Below are positions 37,301 through 45,758 of a DNA stretch of 56,936 nt, piece by piece; the first letter of the stretch is position 1; each line of letters begins with the position of its first letter. The notes under the pieces are model-generated. The model saw only the letters and a program-made list of their open reading frames with translations. It had not been told where the DNA came from and did no database searches. The stretch covers positions 1 to 56,936 of the forward strand of contig CAZMNX010000003.1 of the NCBI GenBank assembly GCA_964567825.1, written 5' to 3'. The DNA comes from an uncultured Candidatus Saccharibacteria bacterium. GTDB taxonomy: Bacteria > Patescibacteriota > Minisyncoccia > Phycocordibacterales > GWA1-40-21. The position numbers and the translations under genes are program-made.

Positions 37301-40037
37301 ATATTTAAAATATAAGGGGATTGCCCATGATCTTGTTTTGTTGAATGAATATCCGGCTAGTTATATCAAGTCCTTTGAAGATGAGGTTGATTTCTTGATT
37401 CGTTACAATCAGGCGCCAGTTAGTAAGTATAAGCTGGGAAATGTTTTTCATTTGCGAACATCACATTTAACCGTAGTTGATACAAATAATTTATTAGCTT
37501 TAGCCAAGATCATTATTGATAGTAAGGATGGTCCACTTGAGCAACAAATAAGCCTACTATTGCAGTCGGGAACGAGGCCGGAGGTTGGAGACTATCTTAA
37601 GGCTGGTCGTAAGATTGGCTCGATTGGTCGCGATGTTTATCCAAAATTATCCAACCTAAAATTTTATAATGGATTGGGTGGCTTTGATGAAAAAAGATTA
37701 GAATATGTTCTAAATATTAACTATAATAAAGAATTAATAACCCCTAAACCGTGGGTAAACATTATTGCTAATCCTAATATTGGCTTCATTGTCACGGAGA
37801 GTGGATCGATGTATACCTGGCTATACGACAGTTATGACAATCGCTTAACTAAACGCCTCGATGATCCACTTACAGATCGCAGTAGCGAAGTCTTTTACGT
37901 GCGTGACGAAGAGACTGGCGAATTTTGGAATCCAACACCCTTACCAATTAGAAATTCTCAAACCTATAATATTAGACACGGTTTGGGCTACACCAATATT
38001 TCACATAAAAGCCGTGGTCTCGAACAAACTCTGCTCGCCTATGTACCAGTAAGCGATGCTGTTAAAATTTTACGCTTTAAATTTAAAAACCTGAGCAAAA
38101 TAGCGAAGAAGCTGTCCTTGACTGGTTTCTTTGAAATGTCTATTGGCGGAGCTAATCGTGAACATACGAAGGATTATTTAGAGACTCAAATTGAAGCGGA
38201 AACCAAGGCGATCTTTGTAAAAAATATTTATGGTTCATCATTTAAGAATGTTCTAGCCTTTATTGATTTTAATCAAGGTGATTTTATTGTAACGAATGAT
38301 CGCGAAGAATTTTTAGGCAAAAATGGCAATACAGATAATCCGGCGGCTTTAAAGAGAAATAAATTATCTAATACTCTTAATAAAGATGTTGATCATTGTG
38401 TCGCTGGACAAACTTTTTTTGATCTTGAGCCTGGAGCTGAAAAAGAAATTGTTATTTTAATTGGTGGTGGCAGAAGTGGGGAGGAAGTCCAAAGTTTGAT
38501 AAGAAAATATAGAGTTTTGGAAAATACCGAACTGGTCTTTACTCAGGTTAAACAGGTTTGGCACGATCGCTTGAATCAGGTACAAATTAAAACACCAGAT
38601 GATTCTTTAAATATCTTGTTTAACTCCCGTCTTTTATACCAACTCATTTCCTCCCGGCTGCTGGGCCGAACTGGTTACTATCAACCTTCAGGTGCCTATG
38701 GCTTCCGTGATCAGTTGCAGGACTCGATGGCATTAGTTTGGTCAGATCCAAGTAAGACCAGAGAGTATATTTTACGGGCCGCTAAACATCAGTTTATTGA
38801 AGGTGATGTTCAAAATTGGTGGCACGAACATAATTCCTTTGGTGTCAGAACAATGTTTTCTGATCAGCAATTGTGGTTGCCATATGTTCTTATTCATTAT
38901 TTCGAAGTCACTGATGATGAAAATATTTTATCTGAACAGATACCCTATATGAAGGGCCCATTACTAGATTTTATCAATAATCCTAATTGGGCTGGAGTGC
39001 CTGAAACTACTTCTGAAACCTTTGATCTTTATGATCATTGCTTGCGAGCAATCGAAAAGACTTTTAATTTTGGTAAAAATGGCTTGCCGCTTATTGGTAA
39101 CGGTGATTGGAATGATGGCTTAAATAAAATCGGGGAGCGTGGTTTGGGTGAGAGTGTTTGGCTCGGTTGGTTTTTAGCTAATGTTGTCGAAAAATTTATT
39201 CCGATTGTCAGATTGCGTGGCGATCAGGACCGAATCAAGAAATACGAACTAACGTTGAAAAATTTACGAAGATCTCTAGAGCAAAAAACCTGGGATGGAC
39301 GTTGGTATAAACGAGCCTTTTTTGATAGTGGTAGCAGTCTTGGTTCTCGTTCAAATAATGAGTTTAAAATTGATTCGGTCGCTCAGTCTTGGTCAGTATT
39401 ATCGCATCAAGCAAGGCCGGAGCGGGCCAAGATGGCCATGAGTGCCGTTTTGAAAAATTTAAATCAAGAAGAAAATAATCTTTGGTTATTACTTTCACCG
39501 GCCGTAAGCAATTCGACAATGGATCCTGGCTATATCAGAGACTATCCCGCTGGTGTTCGAGAAAATGGAGCACAATACAATCACGCTGCCCTTTGGGCCG
39601 CCCAAGCCTTCGCCGAGTTGAAAGATTCTGATTCAGTAATGAAAATTGTTGATAGTGTGAATCCGATCAAGCGTTCGCTAGATAAGCAGAAAGTTGATTT
39701 ATATCAGGTTGAACCATATGCCGTGGCGTCGGATATTTACGCCAAGCCGAGCGTGGCTGGGCGCGGTGGCTGGACTTGGTATACCGGTTCAGCGGGGGTG
39801 ATGTATCGCACAATCCTCGAAAGTATTTTAGGTATAAAAGTTAAAGGAGATAAAATGGAGATCAATCCTTGTGTGCCTAAAGACTGGCCCGAATTTTCAG
39901 TCGTTTATATTTATAAAAATACAAAATATAATATCACTGTACTAAACGCCAGCAGTGTAATTGATAGCTTATTGTCAAAAAGAACCATTCACCTGATTGA
40001 CGACGGCAAAACACATAATGTCGAGATAAAATTATAG
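31362..40037 (+). CDS. cgs: cyclic beta-1,2-glucan synthase-like giant protein (GT84 glycosyltransferase + TM region + GH94 phosphorylase domain)
   Basis: 2891 aa. DxD in ILTIDEDTRLP, and HRWIRGDWQ (Q/RxxRW-type) flanked by TM blocks. C-terminal GH94 signatures YGFRDQLQD and GNGDWNDGLN. Size and order match Cgs/NdvB/ChvB. Confidence 0.85.
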   Translation: MKTIKDELEIVGKVRKIAQTLAEKVVIVSRPQNAEAFLTNSRKKVIQTEKVYQKLIRQVKDYKHLTHEVENLLDNYYIISGAVADVLNSRVKKGFRKLVLVERTPDFFIPRIYVVLNDLLKASDYTVNRNILYEFLSVYQAKASLSIRELGFVSYILRTILIEKIEEVMHKSIASLDEFKDAEYWFDQIVKKGEKKLETNYSKLTSSLANRYGVIPANLGFHLLQKLSQYGPDTRPIVKWLKLNLLKQGIDITDLAEIENKRQNNISLRISNIIDSLRWINQVRWDDFIVDVNTVDSILDKDPAQTYSILDQSSQNIYRNEVVKIGDRAGVHESEIAKLALKLCQADGHVGYYLVGDGRQELERRIGYKRSFFEHLKTFVLKKATAVYLGAIILINILLTALIISIYPALWSGAIVTSILLLLIFIINSDITVNLIHLFISIFIPVRPLFRLDLSEGVSVLQSTFVVIPSMLRDEKSTKELLKRLEVNYLGNSSSNIYYALLMDYKDAKAENLSGDEALFRQMQQGIDELNNKYSTDKQKFYLFHRRRLWNPNENIFMGWERKRGKLHEFNLLLRGNAETSYIEDVPTDLGFIKYILTIDEDTRLPKDSAIKLIGCIDHPLNRPVVNKTVGKVVSGYGIIQPRMTTKFETALATPFSKIFSSAMGIDSYSGPVADIYQDLFGNSIFFGKGIYDIDAMEAVVGNRLPDNQILSHDLLEGLHTRVGFATDIFLFEGFPESYKEYSLRTHRWIRGDWQIVDFLHSKVLSVGDKWKIFDNLRRSLMPVFLVIFLLTSYGFFPEFYYQAFIYSLLVIGSSQVINYLFRFFIWPKEMTLMMKIYALLTELDALFIQVVYRFIFLLDQALIALRAISVSLYRLLISHRHMLLWQNSHEVAKNLKGTQREFFYLMSPTIIASVVCLVWFINFHHFFSYYLTVILWLSSPLVAYHISRVKKNKQFKTADINFLRGIACRSSRFFLEFSSREGNHLIPDHHQEEPVTNSPAATSPTNIGMHLLSNFSAYDFGHISFINLGSRLLESFQSLNSLERFKGHFYNWYDIRTLQVLNPRYVSSVDSANLLLVFLTLKQGLFDIMAKPIISDSSLKGFADILSVIIEDANLIIKQSNISKADKRLARNIVSQAKLALERLQNQKGTLTIEILIKIFEHLAESNEKVKKIVSSLNLGLNKGTLSSIYSSTEHFNTLLHQQREEINSFMPFYRARRAEPAIRNLKQNSNLAKAFHLILKNLNSIPTLDYLSGTLRSELQSLNFVNLIHSADLDKNEKEVVEGWYLGMLDNVSQAESRALKTRGEYLYLISLCEKFFNEADFKFLYNEERGLFHIGYNATFDKVDNSYYDFLASEANSVSFVAIIKNEVPLKHWFYLGRKLVRLDYKTVGLASWGGSLFEYLTSLIFFKVHNHSLLGQAANVAINSHIKYARNFEVPWGMGESAYSALDLNNNYQYQIFGHPSLGFRRDLKDFLVVAPYTTMMALAFKPKQALANLKRLVQDNFLGRYGFYDAIDYNVTLKTNKNKIGQPAKIYYAHHQGFALQALNNQINQDRIRNLFMSDPRVQMLDALLEEKVPSTIPAKPIENLERLPVEYLVSRDETDTVRQFIPLYTSYPRRAFISNGNYSINISNTGAGGSKFNDINLTRFREDTVIEPWGQFIYLTDTVKKDRWSPTTEPTGLSLGKNKIEYFENKAHFNKIYSDIESSLLIAMASEDNAEFRSLTLTNHSKEKREIEVTSYGEVALSKDGDDLHHPAFEKLFVKSEFISKYKALVYSRHNKDERGQKILFAHRFYTSQAGKAEYAHTTDRREFVGRGGSVGEPAILRNSSRSVHSATGHNFDQIFCFQNKITLEPNQTVNITYVNVFANSVEGLNASLKKYDNSRLVNNTIKKSDKQSGDIIRNLGLSAELALQYQGLASRLLSPHYPHLAKKFNVDSAAPAVETLWRLGLSGDLPILLIRFYDLNDLPLVKNILLAHKYLKYKGIAHDLVLLNEYPASYIKSFEDEVDFLIRYNQAPVSKYKLGNVFHLRTSHLTVVDTNNLLALAKIIIDSKDGPLEQQISLLLQSGTRPEVGDYLKAGRKIGSIGRDVYPKLSNLKFYNGLGGFDEKRLEYVLNINYNKELITPKPWVNIIANPNIGFIVTESGSMYTWLYDSYDNRLTKRLDDPLTDRSSEVFYVRDEETGEFWNPTPLPIRNSQTYNIRHGLGYTNISHKSRGLEQTLLAYVPVSDAVKILRFKFKNLSKIAKKLSLTGFFEMSIGGANREHTKDYLETQIEAETKAIFVKNIYGSSFKNVLAFIDFNQGDFIVTNDREEFLGKNGNTDNPAALKRNKLSNTLNKDVDHCVAGQTFFDLEPGAEKEIVILIGGGRSGEEVQSLIRKYRVLENTELVFTQVKQVWHDRLNQVQIKTPDDSLNILFNSRLLYQLISSRLLGRTGYYQPSGAYGFRDQLQDSMALVWSDPSKTREYILRAAKHQFIEGDVQNWWHEHNSFGVRTMFSDQQLWLPYVLIHYFEVTDDENILSEQIPYMKGPLLDFINNPNWAGVPETTSETFDLYDHCLRAIEKTFNFGKNGLPLIGNGDWNDGLNKIGERGLGESVWLGWFLANVVEKFIPIVRLRGDQDRIKKYELTLKNLRRSLEQKTWDGRWYKRAFFDSGSSLGSRSNNEFKIDSVAQSWSVLSHQARPERAKMAMSAVLKNLNQEENNLWLLLSPAVSNSTMDPGYIRDYPAGVRENGAQYNHAALWAAQAFAELKDSDSVMKIVDSVNPIKRSLDKQKVDLYQVEPYAVASDIYAKPSVAGRGGWTWYTGSAGVMYRTILESILGIKVKGDKMEINPCVPKDWPEFSVVYIYKNTKYNITVLNASSVIDSLLSKRTIHLIDDGKTHNVEIKL

Positions 40038-40038
40038 T

Positions 40039-40641
40039 TTACCACCAACCCTTTTTATAGATTTTAATTCTAGCTTCTGGAACGGTTTTATACTTAGGAT
40101 TTTTGATTAGTGTTGGCTGGCCCTCCTTTTCTACCACAAAATAAGCAAAGCCACCCATTTTTTTGACTGGTTCATAATCAGCGTGGCCGGGCATACCAAC
40201 CGGATCGGCATCGTCTTTATAAACCGGGCTATCATCGGAGGTTACTAACCAAACGTCTCCGGTGTTGACCATCAAATGCCCAATTTCGGGATTAATAAAA
40301 ATCTTGTCGCCAGCCTTGACCGACAAAGCTTTAAACTCAACTATTTCATCATCAACTGGTTTTCCATCAGTTCCAATCTTTCTTTTTTGTAATAACAAAA
40401 TTCCCGTGCCCTGTAAAATAGTATAAGTTTCTGAAATATTACCCACGTGATAATGGCCGTAAGTTTTGATGTATTCCTTACCTAAGGCTCCATCAACAGT
40501 GCCGCTTTCCCAGACCGTAATATTAGTCTTCTCTTTTCCCCCACGAATCATATAATAGTGCACGTTTGGACCACTAGCCTCTGGACTAGCCAGCACCTCC
40601 TGCATTTTTTCGTGACTTCTCTCGGCAAATGGTTTGAACAT
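40039..40641 (-). CDS. cupin-type glucose-6-phosphate isomerase (archaeal-type PGI)
   Basis: GKEYIKTYGHYHVGNISETYTIL and INPEIGHLMVN fit the cPGI cupin motifs TxGHxH...E and PxxxHxxxN. Confidence 0.6.
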   Translation of the reverse strand: MFKPFAERSHEKMQEVLASPEASGPNVHYYMIRGGKEKTNITVWESGTVDGALGKEYIKTYGHYHVGNISETYTILQGTGILLLQKRKIGTDGKPVDDEIVEFKALSVKAGDKIFINPEIGHLMVNTGDVWLVTSDDSPVYKDDADPVGMPGHADYEPVKKMGGFAYFVVEKEGQPTLIKNPKYKTVPEARIKIYKKGWW

Positions 40642-40647
40642 TTGTTA

Positions 40648-40653
40648 ATTATA
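40648..40653 (-). promoter_or_regulatory. -10 box TATAAT, 6 nt before ATG (leaderless-type)
   Basis: The reverse strand reads TATAAT, taacaa, then ATG (40641). Confidence 0.45.
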
Positions 40654-40671
40654 ACTCAGTTAAAGTGATTA

Positions 40672-40680
40672 TGCTATAAT
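40672..40680 (+). promoter_or_regulatory. extended -10 TGCTATAAT, 7 nt before ATG (leaderless-type)
   Basis: TGn + TATAAT, caacctt, then the ATG at 40688. Confidence 0.5.
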
Positions 40681-40687
40681 CAACCTT

Positions 40688-43687
40688 ATGAACCACTCGG
40701 CCGTCTTTGAAGCAAAATATAAGCAATTAAATTCCAAGCAGTGCGAAGCCGTGGATTCTATTGACGGTCCAGTGATGGTGATTGCCGGGCCGGGAACGGG
40801 CAAAACCTCTATTTTAACCCTGCGTATTGCTAATATTTTACAAAAAACGGATACCAGCGCCGACAGTATTTTGGCCCTCACTTTTACCGAATCGGGGGTT
40901 TATTCGATGCGCAAAAAACTAGCTGATATTATTGGTAGTGCGGCCTATAAAGTGAACATCTATACTTTTCACGGTTTTTGTAATGACATCATTAAGAATT
41001 ATCCAGAAGAATTTCCGCGAATTATCGGAGCCCAAAATATTACTGATATTGACCAAATAAAAATTCTAGAAGAAATAATAGATAATACTAAGTTAGAAAT
41101 TTTAAAGCCATATGGCGACACATATCATTATATTCGCTCAATTATTAGTGAAATTAATAATTTAAAACAGGAAAATATTGACCCTGCAGATTTGGCAGAA
41201 ATTCTCAAAAAGGAAAGTGAGAATTTTTCCCAAATTGAGGATCTTTATCATGAAAAAGGTAAATATGCCGGTGAGATGAAGGGGAAGTATAAGGATTTGG
41301 AGAAAAGTAATGAGAAAAATAAAGAGCTGCAGAAAATCTATACGCAGTATGAAAAAGCCCTAGAGACTAAACGATTATATGACTATCAAGACATGATTCT
41401 TGAAGTAATTAAAGCGATGCAGTCAAATCAGGATTTGTTGCTGCAACTTCAGGAAAAGTATCAATATGTGTTGGCCGACGAGCATCAGGATGCCAATAAT
41501 TCACAAAATAGGATTCTGGAACTTATCTCTGGTTTCCATGAAAACCCCAATATCTTTATTGTGGGAGATGAAAAGCAGGCGATTTTCCGATTCCAGGGGG
41601 CGTCACTGGAAAACTTTTTGTATTTTAAAAAACTTTATCCGACCGCCAAGGTAATTTATTTGGAGGACAATTATCGTTCCTCACAGTCAATTTTGGACGC
41701 TTCACATTCCCTGATTAGTAAAAATGTAAGCGGTAAGGACTTGCAAATTAAATTAAATGGAAAAACCGGGCATCCGTTGGCTCCAATCAATTTAGCAATT
41801 TTTGAAAAGGGTAAAAGTGAGTTTAAATACATTGCCGAAAATATTAAAGAGAAAATTGCTTCAGGACTTAATCCCAGCGAAATTGCGGTTTTATATCGAG
41901 AAAACCGCGATGCGGCGGCGATTGCCAGAGCTTTAGAAAAACTAGGTGTGCCATTTGCTATTGAATCGGACCAGGAGTTATTTTCTGATACTGATATTGC
42001 CAAAATGATTCTACTCATGCGAGCGATTAACGATTTGGGAGCGAGTGATATTTTAGCTCGGGCTTTATTTATTGATTACTTAGACCTGAATTATTTGGAA
42101 GTTTATAAATTAATTGCCTCGGCTAAGACTGAAAAGCTTTCTATTTTTGAAGCCCTACATAATTCAGCTGCCTTCCTTAATTTTCATGAAAAATTAGCCA
42201 AGTGGAGTAAGCAAGCCAAGAATAATAGTTTGCTGAACTTTTTTGAAATTTTAGTGAACGAAAGTGGCTTTTTGAGGCACTTACTTTCTAGTTCCGAATC
42301 AATTGATAAATTAGCTAAACTCGATCGTCTGATGAATCAGATGAAGGAATTAATTAGCAGTCATCGCGATTACCGTTTAGAGGATTTCATAAATTATCTG
42401 GATGTCTTAGATAAGCACAATATTGTTATCAAAACTCGCGGTAAAGCCTTGGCTGAAAAAAGTGTGCATTTAATGACGGCTCATAAGAGTAAGGGCTTAG
42501 AATTTGATCAGGTCTACATTACCAATTTGGTGGACGGTCATTGGGGTAATAAGCGAGAAATGCGCAAATTTAAATTGCCGATTTCTGGCGCTGATATTCT
42601 TAATTATGATGCCATTGAAGATGAACGGCGATTGTTTTATGTGGCTATAACTCGAGCGCGCAAAGAGGTAACTTTAACCTATTCCAAATTAGCTGAAGAT
42701 GGCAAGGCACTTTTGCCATCACAGTTTTTGGGTGAACTCGATCCTGCTTTGGTTAAAAATACTGAAACATTAAAATTAGAGGAAAAATATAATAGCAATC
42801 AGGCTGAAGATTTTGCGCCAGCGCTGGCTAAAACTAAAGATATAAAAAATCAGGATTATTTGCGCAGTTTGTTTTTTGAGCAAGGCCTGTCGGTCACTGC
42901 TTTGAATAATTATTTAGTTTGCCCTTGGCGTTACTTTTTTAGTAATTTGGTACGTTTACCGCAAGTTTTATCAAAACATCAAATGTATGGAACGGCTGTG
43001 CATCAAACCCTTAAGCACTTTTTTGATAAATATCGTGACAATCAAGACTTGAGTCAAAAAGAGTTTTTGGACTTATTTGCGAAATATTTAGCCAAACAGC
43101 CAATTGACACTGGGGACTATTCAGACACACTGGCGAAGGGTGAGGAGGCTTTGGGGGGCTATTTTGAGGCTTATAATGGTACTTGGCCACGTTCGGTGAT
43201 TAATGAATTTAATGTGGCCGGAGTGTATGTCGAGCTCGTTTCGAGCGAAGATCCCGAGCCTGTCGAGGGATGTAAAAAGATTTTGATTAAAGGTACATTG
43301 GACAAAATAGAGATTAATAATGATAGCTCGGTGACGGTGGTGGATTATAAAACTAAAAAACCAATGTCGCGCAATGCAATTGAAGGTAAAACTAAAAATG
43401 ATGACGGTAATTATAAACGGCAATTAGTTTTTTATAAAATTCTTTTGGATAAGTATGAAAAGGGGAAGTATCAAATGAAAACTGGAGAAATAGATTTTAT
43501 TGAACCAAACGATAAGGGTGATTATAAAAAAGAAGGTTTTGAAATTACTAGTGAGGATGAAACGGAGGTTCTAGAGTTGATTAGTAAAGTGGCTGGTGAA
43601 ATTGCCAGTTTTGAATTTTGGGATAAAAAATGCGATGATAAGAAGTGTGAGTATTGTGTGCTCCGCGAGGTAATGAAGAATAATTAA
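40688..43687 (+). CDS. UvrD/PcrA-like SF1 helicase fused to a C-terminal PD-(D/E)XK, Cas4-like Fe-S nuclease
   Basis: AGPGTGKT and LADEHQDAN. The C-terminal part has CPWRYFF, GTLDKIE...VVDYKT and CDDKKCEYC (four Cys). Confidence 0.85.
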   Translation: MNHSAVFEAKYKQLNSKQCEAVDSIDGPVMVIAGPGTGKTSILTLRIANILQKTDTSADSILALTFTESGVYSMRKKLADIIGSAAYKVNIYTFHGFCNDIIKNYPEEFPRIIGAQNITDIDQIKILEEIIDNTKLEILKPYGDTYHYIRSIISEINNLKQENIDPADLAEILKKESENFSQIEDLYHEKGKYAGEMKGKYKDLEKSNEKNKELQKIYTQYEKALETKRLYDYQDMILEVIKAMQSNQDLLLQLQEKYQYVLADEHQDANNSQNRILELISGFHENPNIFIVGDEKQAIFRFQGASLENFLYFKKLYPTAKVIYLEDNYRSSQSILDASHSLISKNVSGKDLQIKLNGKTGHPLAPINLAIFEKGKSEFKYIAENIKEKIASGLNPSEIAVLYRENRDAAAIARALEKLGVPFAIESDQELFSDTDIAKMILLMRAINDLGASDILARALFIDYLDLNYLEVYKLIASAKTEKLSIFEALHNSAAFLNFHEKLAKWSKQAKNNSLLNFFEILVNESGFLRHLLSSSESIDKLAKLDRLMNQMKELISSHRDYRLEDFINYLDVLDKHNIVIKTRGKALAEKSVHLMTAHKSKGLEFDQVYITNLVDGHWGNKREMRKFKLPISGADILNYDAIEDERRLFYVAITRARKEVTLTYSKLAEDGKALLPSQFLGELDPALVKNTETLKLEEKYNSNQAEDFAPALAKTKDIKNQDYLRSLFFEQGLSVTALNNYLVCPWRYFFSNLVRLPQVLSKHQMYGTAVHQTLKHFFDKYRDNQDLSQKEFLDLFAKYLAKQPIDTGDYSDTLAKGEEALGGYFEAYNGTWPRSVINEFNVAGVYVELVSSEDPEPVEGCKKILIKGTLDKIEINNDSSVTVVDYKTKKPMSRNAIEGKTKNDDGNYKRQLVFYKILLDKYEKGKYQMKTGEIDFIEPNDKGDYKKEGFEITSEDETEVLELISKVAGEIASFEFWDKKCDDKKCEYCVLREVMKNN

Positions 43688-43702
43688 TAAATTATAATAT
43701 AA

Positions 43703-44530
43703 ATGACTTTTTTACAATCAGCGATCTTGGGTCTAGTTCAAGGTTTGACGGAGTTTATTCCGGTCTCTTCAACTGGACATTTGATTTTAGCAAGAAGGCT
43801 TTTGGGACTTGATTTGGTGGGTACGATTTCTTTTGATGCCATTATCCAACTCGCAACCGCTTTCGCCTTAATCTGTTATTTTTGGCGAGATATCAAGAAT
43901 TTAATTATCGCTTTATTTTGTGTTATTACCAGAAAACCAGCGGAGGAAAAATATCGACATTTAATTTTACCCTTGATTATTGGTACAATTCCCGCGATCA
44001 TTTTAGGATTGCTGTTGGAAAAATATATGGATACATATTTTCGTGGCGTTGTGGTGGTCGCTGGTTCGTTAATCGCTGGAAGTATTTTATTTTTCTTTGC
44101 TGAAAGAACTGCCAAAAGAAAATCCCTTGTTCCATCACCAATTGGCACAAACTACGAAAATATTACAATTAAAAAAGGTATATTAATTGGTTTATTTCAA
44201 TGCCTCGCTTTGGTTCCAGGCTTTTCTCGTTCTGGTGCCACGATCTCCGGCGGTCTCTTTACTGGTTTAAATAGGGAAGAGGCGGCACGTTTCAGCTTTT
44301 TACTTTCTATTCCAATTATTCTCGGTTCCGGTTTGAAAAGTGTTTGGGACATTCATAAGACAGGCTCCTTAGCATCTCTCGAACACTCACTCATTATTGC
44401 CTGCATTTTTGCCTTTATTTCAGGCCTCCTCGCCATCCACTTCTTACTCAAATTCCTCAAAAACCACTCACTTAACTATTTCGGCGTTTATCGAATTATA
44501 TTAGCGATTGTTATTTTGATACTTTTGTAA
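43703..44530 (+). CDS. uppP: undecaprenyl-diphosphate phosphatase
   Basis: BacA motifs GLTEFIPVSSTGHL and PGFSRSGATISG. Confidence 0.9.
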   Translation: MTFLQSAILGLVQGLTEFIPVSSTGHLILARRLLGLDLVGTISFDAIIQLATAFALICYFWRDIKNLIIALFCVITRKPAEEKYRHLILPLIIGTIPAIILGLLLEKYMDTYFRGVVVVAGSLIAGSILFFFAERTAKRKSLVPSPIGTNYENITIKKGILIGLFQCLALVPGFSRSGATISGGLFTGLNREEAARFSFLLSIPIILGSGLKSVWDIHKTGSLASLEHSLIIACIFAFISGLLAIHFLLKFLKNHSLNYFGVYRIILAIVILILL

Positions 44531-44561
44531 AAAATTCAGAAATTTCTAAATTTTTATTATT

Positions 44562-44603
44562 AAAAAACGGTACCAGAAAGTTTGCAGTCCTCCCTGATAC
44601 CGT
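44562..44603 (-). terminator. intrinsic terminator closing island 4
   Basis: Reverse strand: ACGGTATCAG...CTGGTACCGT followed by TTTTTT. Confidence 0.55.
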
Positions 44604-44624
44604 TCATGGCGCCGTTGGCGCTGG

Positions 44625-45095
44625 TCAGTGCTTGGCAAGCTTTTCTATGTAGCCCTCGGGTGGTGCCCACTTCTCGAGGTAGAGACCCTCCCCGTCGTTC
44701 TTGACAAGATAGAGTTCGTCCGCCTCGAAGCTGAAACCGACTTCACCGTCGGTGTCATTGATCGACATCACGAATCTAGCCATCGTCGGCGCTTCGGTCA
44801 GGCGATAGCACAAACCCATCGCCCGATCGGCCACTTCTGTGTTGGCCAAACAGTAGACGATGTCGCCGGTCTGATAGACCGTATCGATTTCCGCCGGCTG
44901 ACCGATCGTGGTCTTGGCCGTGTTTTCGACGGCCGACGCCACTGCCTTCTTGAGCTTGACTGCGCACCGCTCTTCGGTCTTACCGCGGACATCGACAGCG
45001 ACGAACACGAGTATCCCGATCATCAGTGCGGCCAGAACCACACCGATTATTTCCTTGGACAGATTCTTCCCATCCCACTGCTTCAGACCTTCCAT
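44625..45095 (-). CDS. N-terminally membrane-anchored hypothetical protein (high-GC island 4)
   Basis: AAGGAG lies 6 nt before the ATG at 45095 (MEGLKQW...). TM segment IIGVVLAALMIGILVFVAV, then a soluble domain. No family recognised. Confidence 0.55.
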   Translation of the reverse strand: MEGLKQWDGKNLSKEIIGVVLAALMIGILVFVAVDVRGKTEERCAVKLKKAVASAVENTAKTTIGQPAEIDTVYQTGDIVYCLANTEVADRAMGLCYRLTEAPTMARFVMSINDTDGEVGFSFEADELYLVKNDGEGLYLEKWAPPEGYIEKLAKH

Positions 45096-45148
45096 AACCG
45101 CTCCTTTTTGTTTGTCTCCAGGGTTCATCCCAAGAGACTCTGGGCTAT

Positions 45149-45176
45149 ACTCTACTTATTTTTTCTCTCTTGTCAA
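45149..45176 (-). promoter_or_regulatory. sigma70-like promoter TTGACA-16-TAGAGT (island 4)
   Basis: On the reverse strand, the -35 abuts the stop codon of the upstream exonuclease gene. Confidence 0.4.
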
Positions 45177-45749
45177 CTACCCAAAAAGCGTATGCGTCAT
45201 CGCCGAATCACTTTTTTGTTCCCATTTGGAAGTGTCGAGTTTTATTTCCTTAACTTGCTTGCCGTCCATGTATTTTAAACTGCCGTTTTTCAGGGCGTAT
45301 TCATAAATATCTTTCGTAATTCTCACATCTTCCTCACAATATTCCTTAACTTTGTCGTACAGGCCCTGTTTCCACCAACCCATCGCTTCAAGGCCATGAC
45401 TAATTTTTTTACGGCCCAAAGTAGCTTCGGCGACGGAGTCCAATTTAATTCTAAAGCCAAGGGACTTTTTAATTTCAGTCAGAATATCTAGACCGGCGAT
45501 TCGGGTTAAATCACCAGAATAAAAGTGATTTAAAACTGGAATATCAAAACCATCAATGTTATAACCAATCAGCTGATCAGCCTTTTCGAGAATAGGCCAC
45601 AAATCCTTGAGCTGATCTTGGGTAAAACTGGTGTATTTGTTTGTATCGGTATCGAAAATAGAAACCACGCAAATATTCGGAAAAATCTGCGAACCACTTG
45701 GACCGGTAATCAATCCATCGGTTTCGATGTCAAAAATTATTTTACGCAT
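45177..45749 (-). CDS. RNase H-fold 3'-5' exonuclease-like protein
   Basis: IIFDIETDG, GYNIDGFDIPVL and YCEEDVRITKDIY fit a DEDD-type arrangement. Confidence 0.65.
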   Translation of the reverse strand: MRKIIFDIETDGLITGPSGSQIFPNICVVSIFDTDTNKYTSFTQDQLKDLWPILEKADQLIGYNIDGFDIPVLNHFYSGDLTRIAGLDILTEIKKSLGFRIKLDSVAEATLGRKKISHGLEAMGWWKQGLYDKVKEYCEEDVRITKDIYEYALKNGSLKYMDGKQVKEIKLDTSKWEQKSDSAMTHTLFG

Positions 45750-45758
45750 TTATTATTT

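Noticed and set aside
44628-45306. Plus-strand ORFs (216 aa and 132 aa) across island 4.
   Set aside because: They cross the terminator and the neighbouring exonuclease gene end. The minus-strand ORF has AAGGAG, a TM anchor and normal composition.
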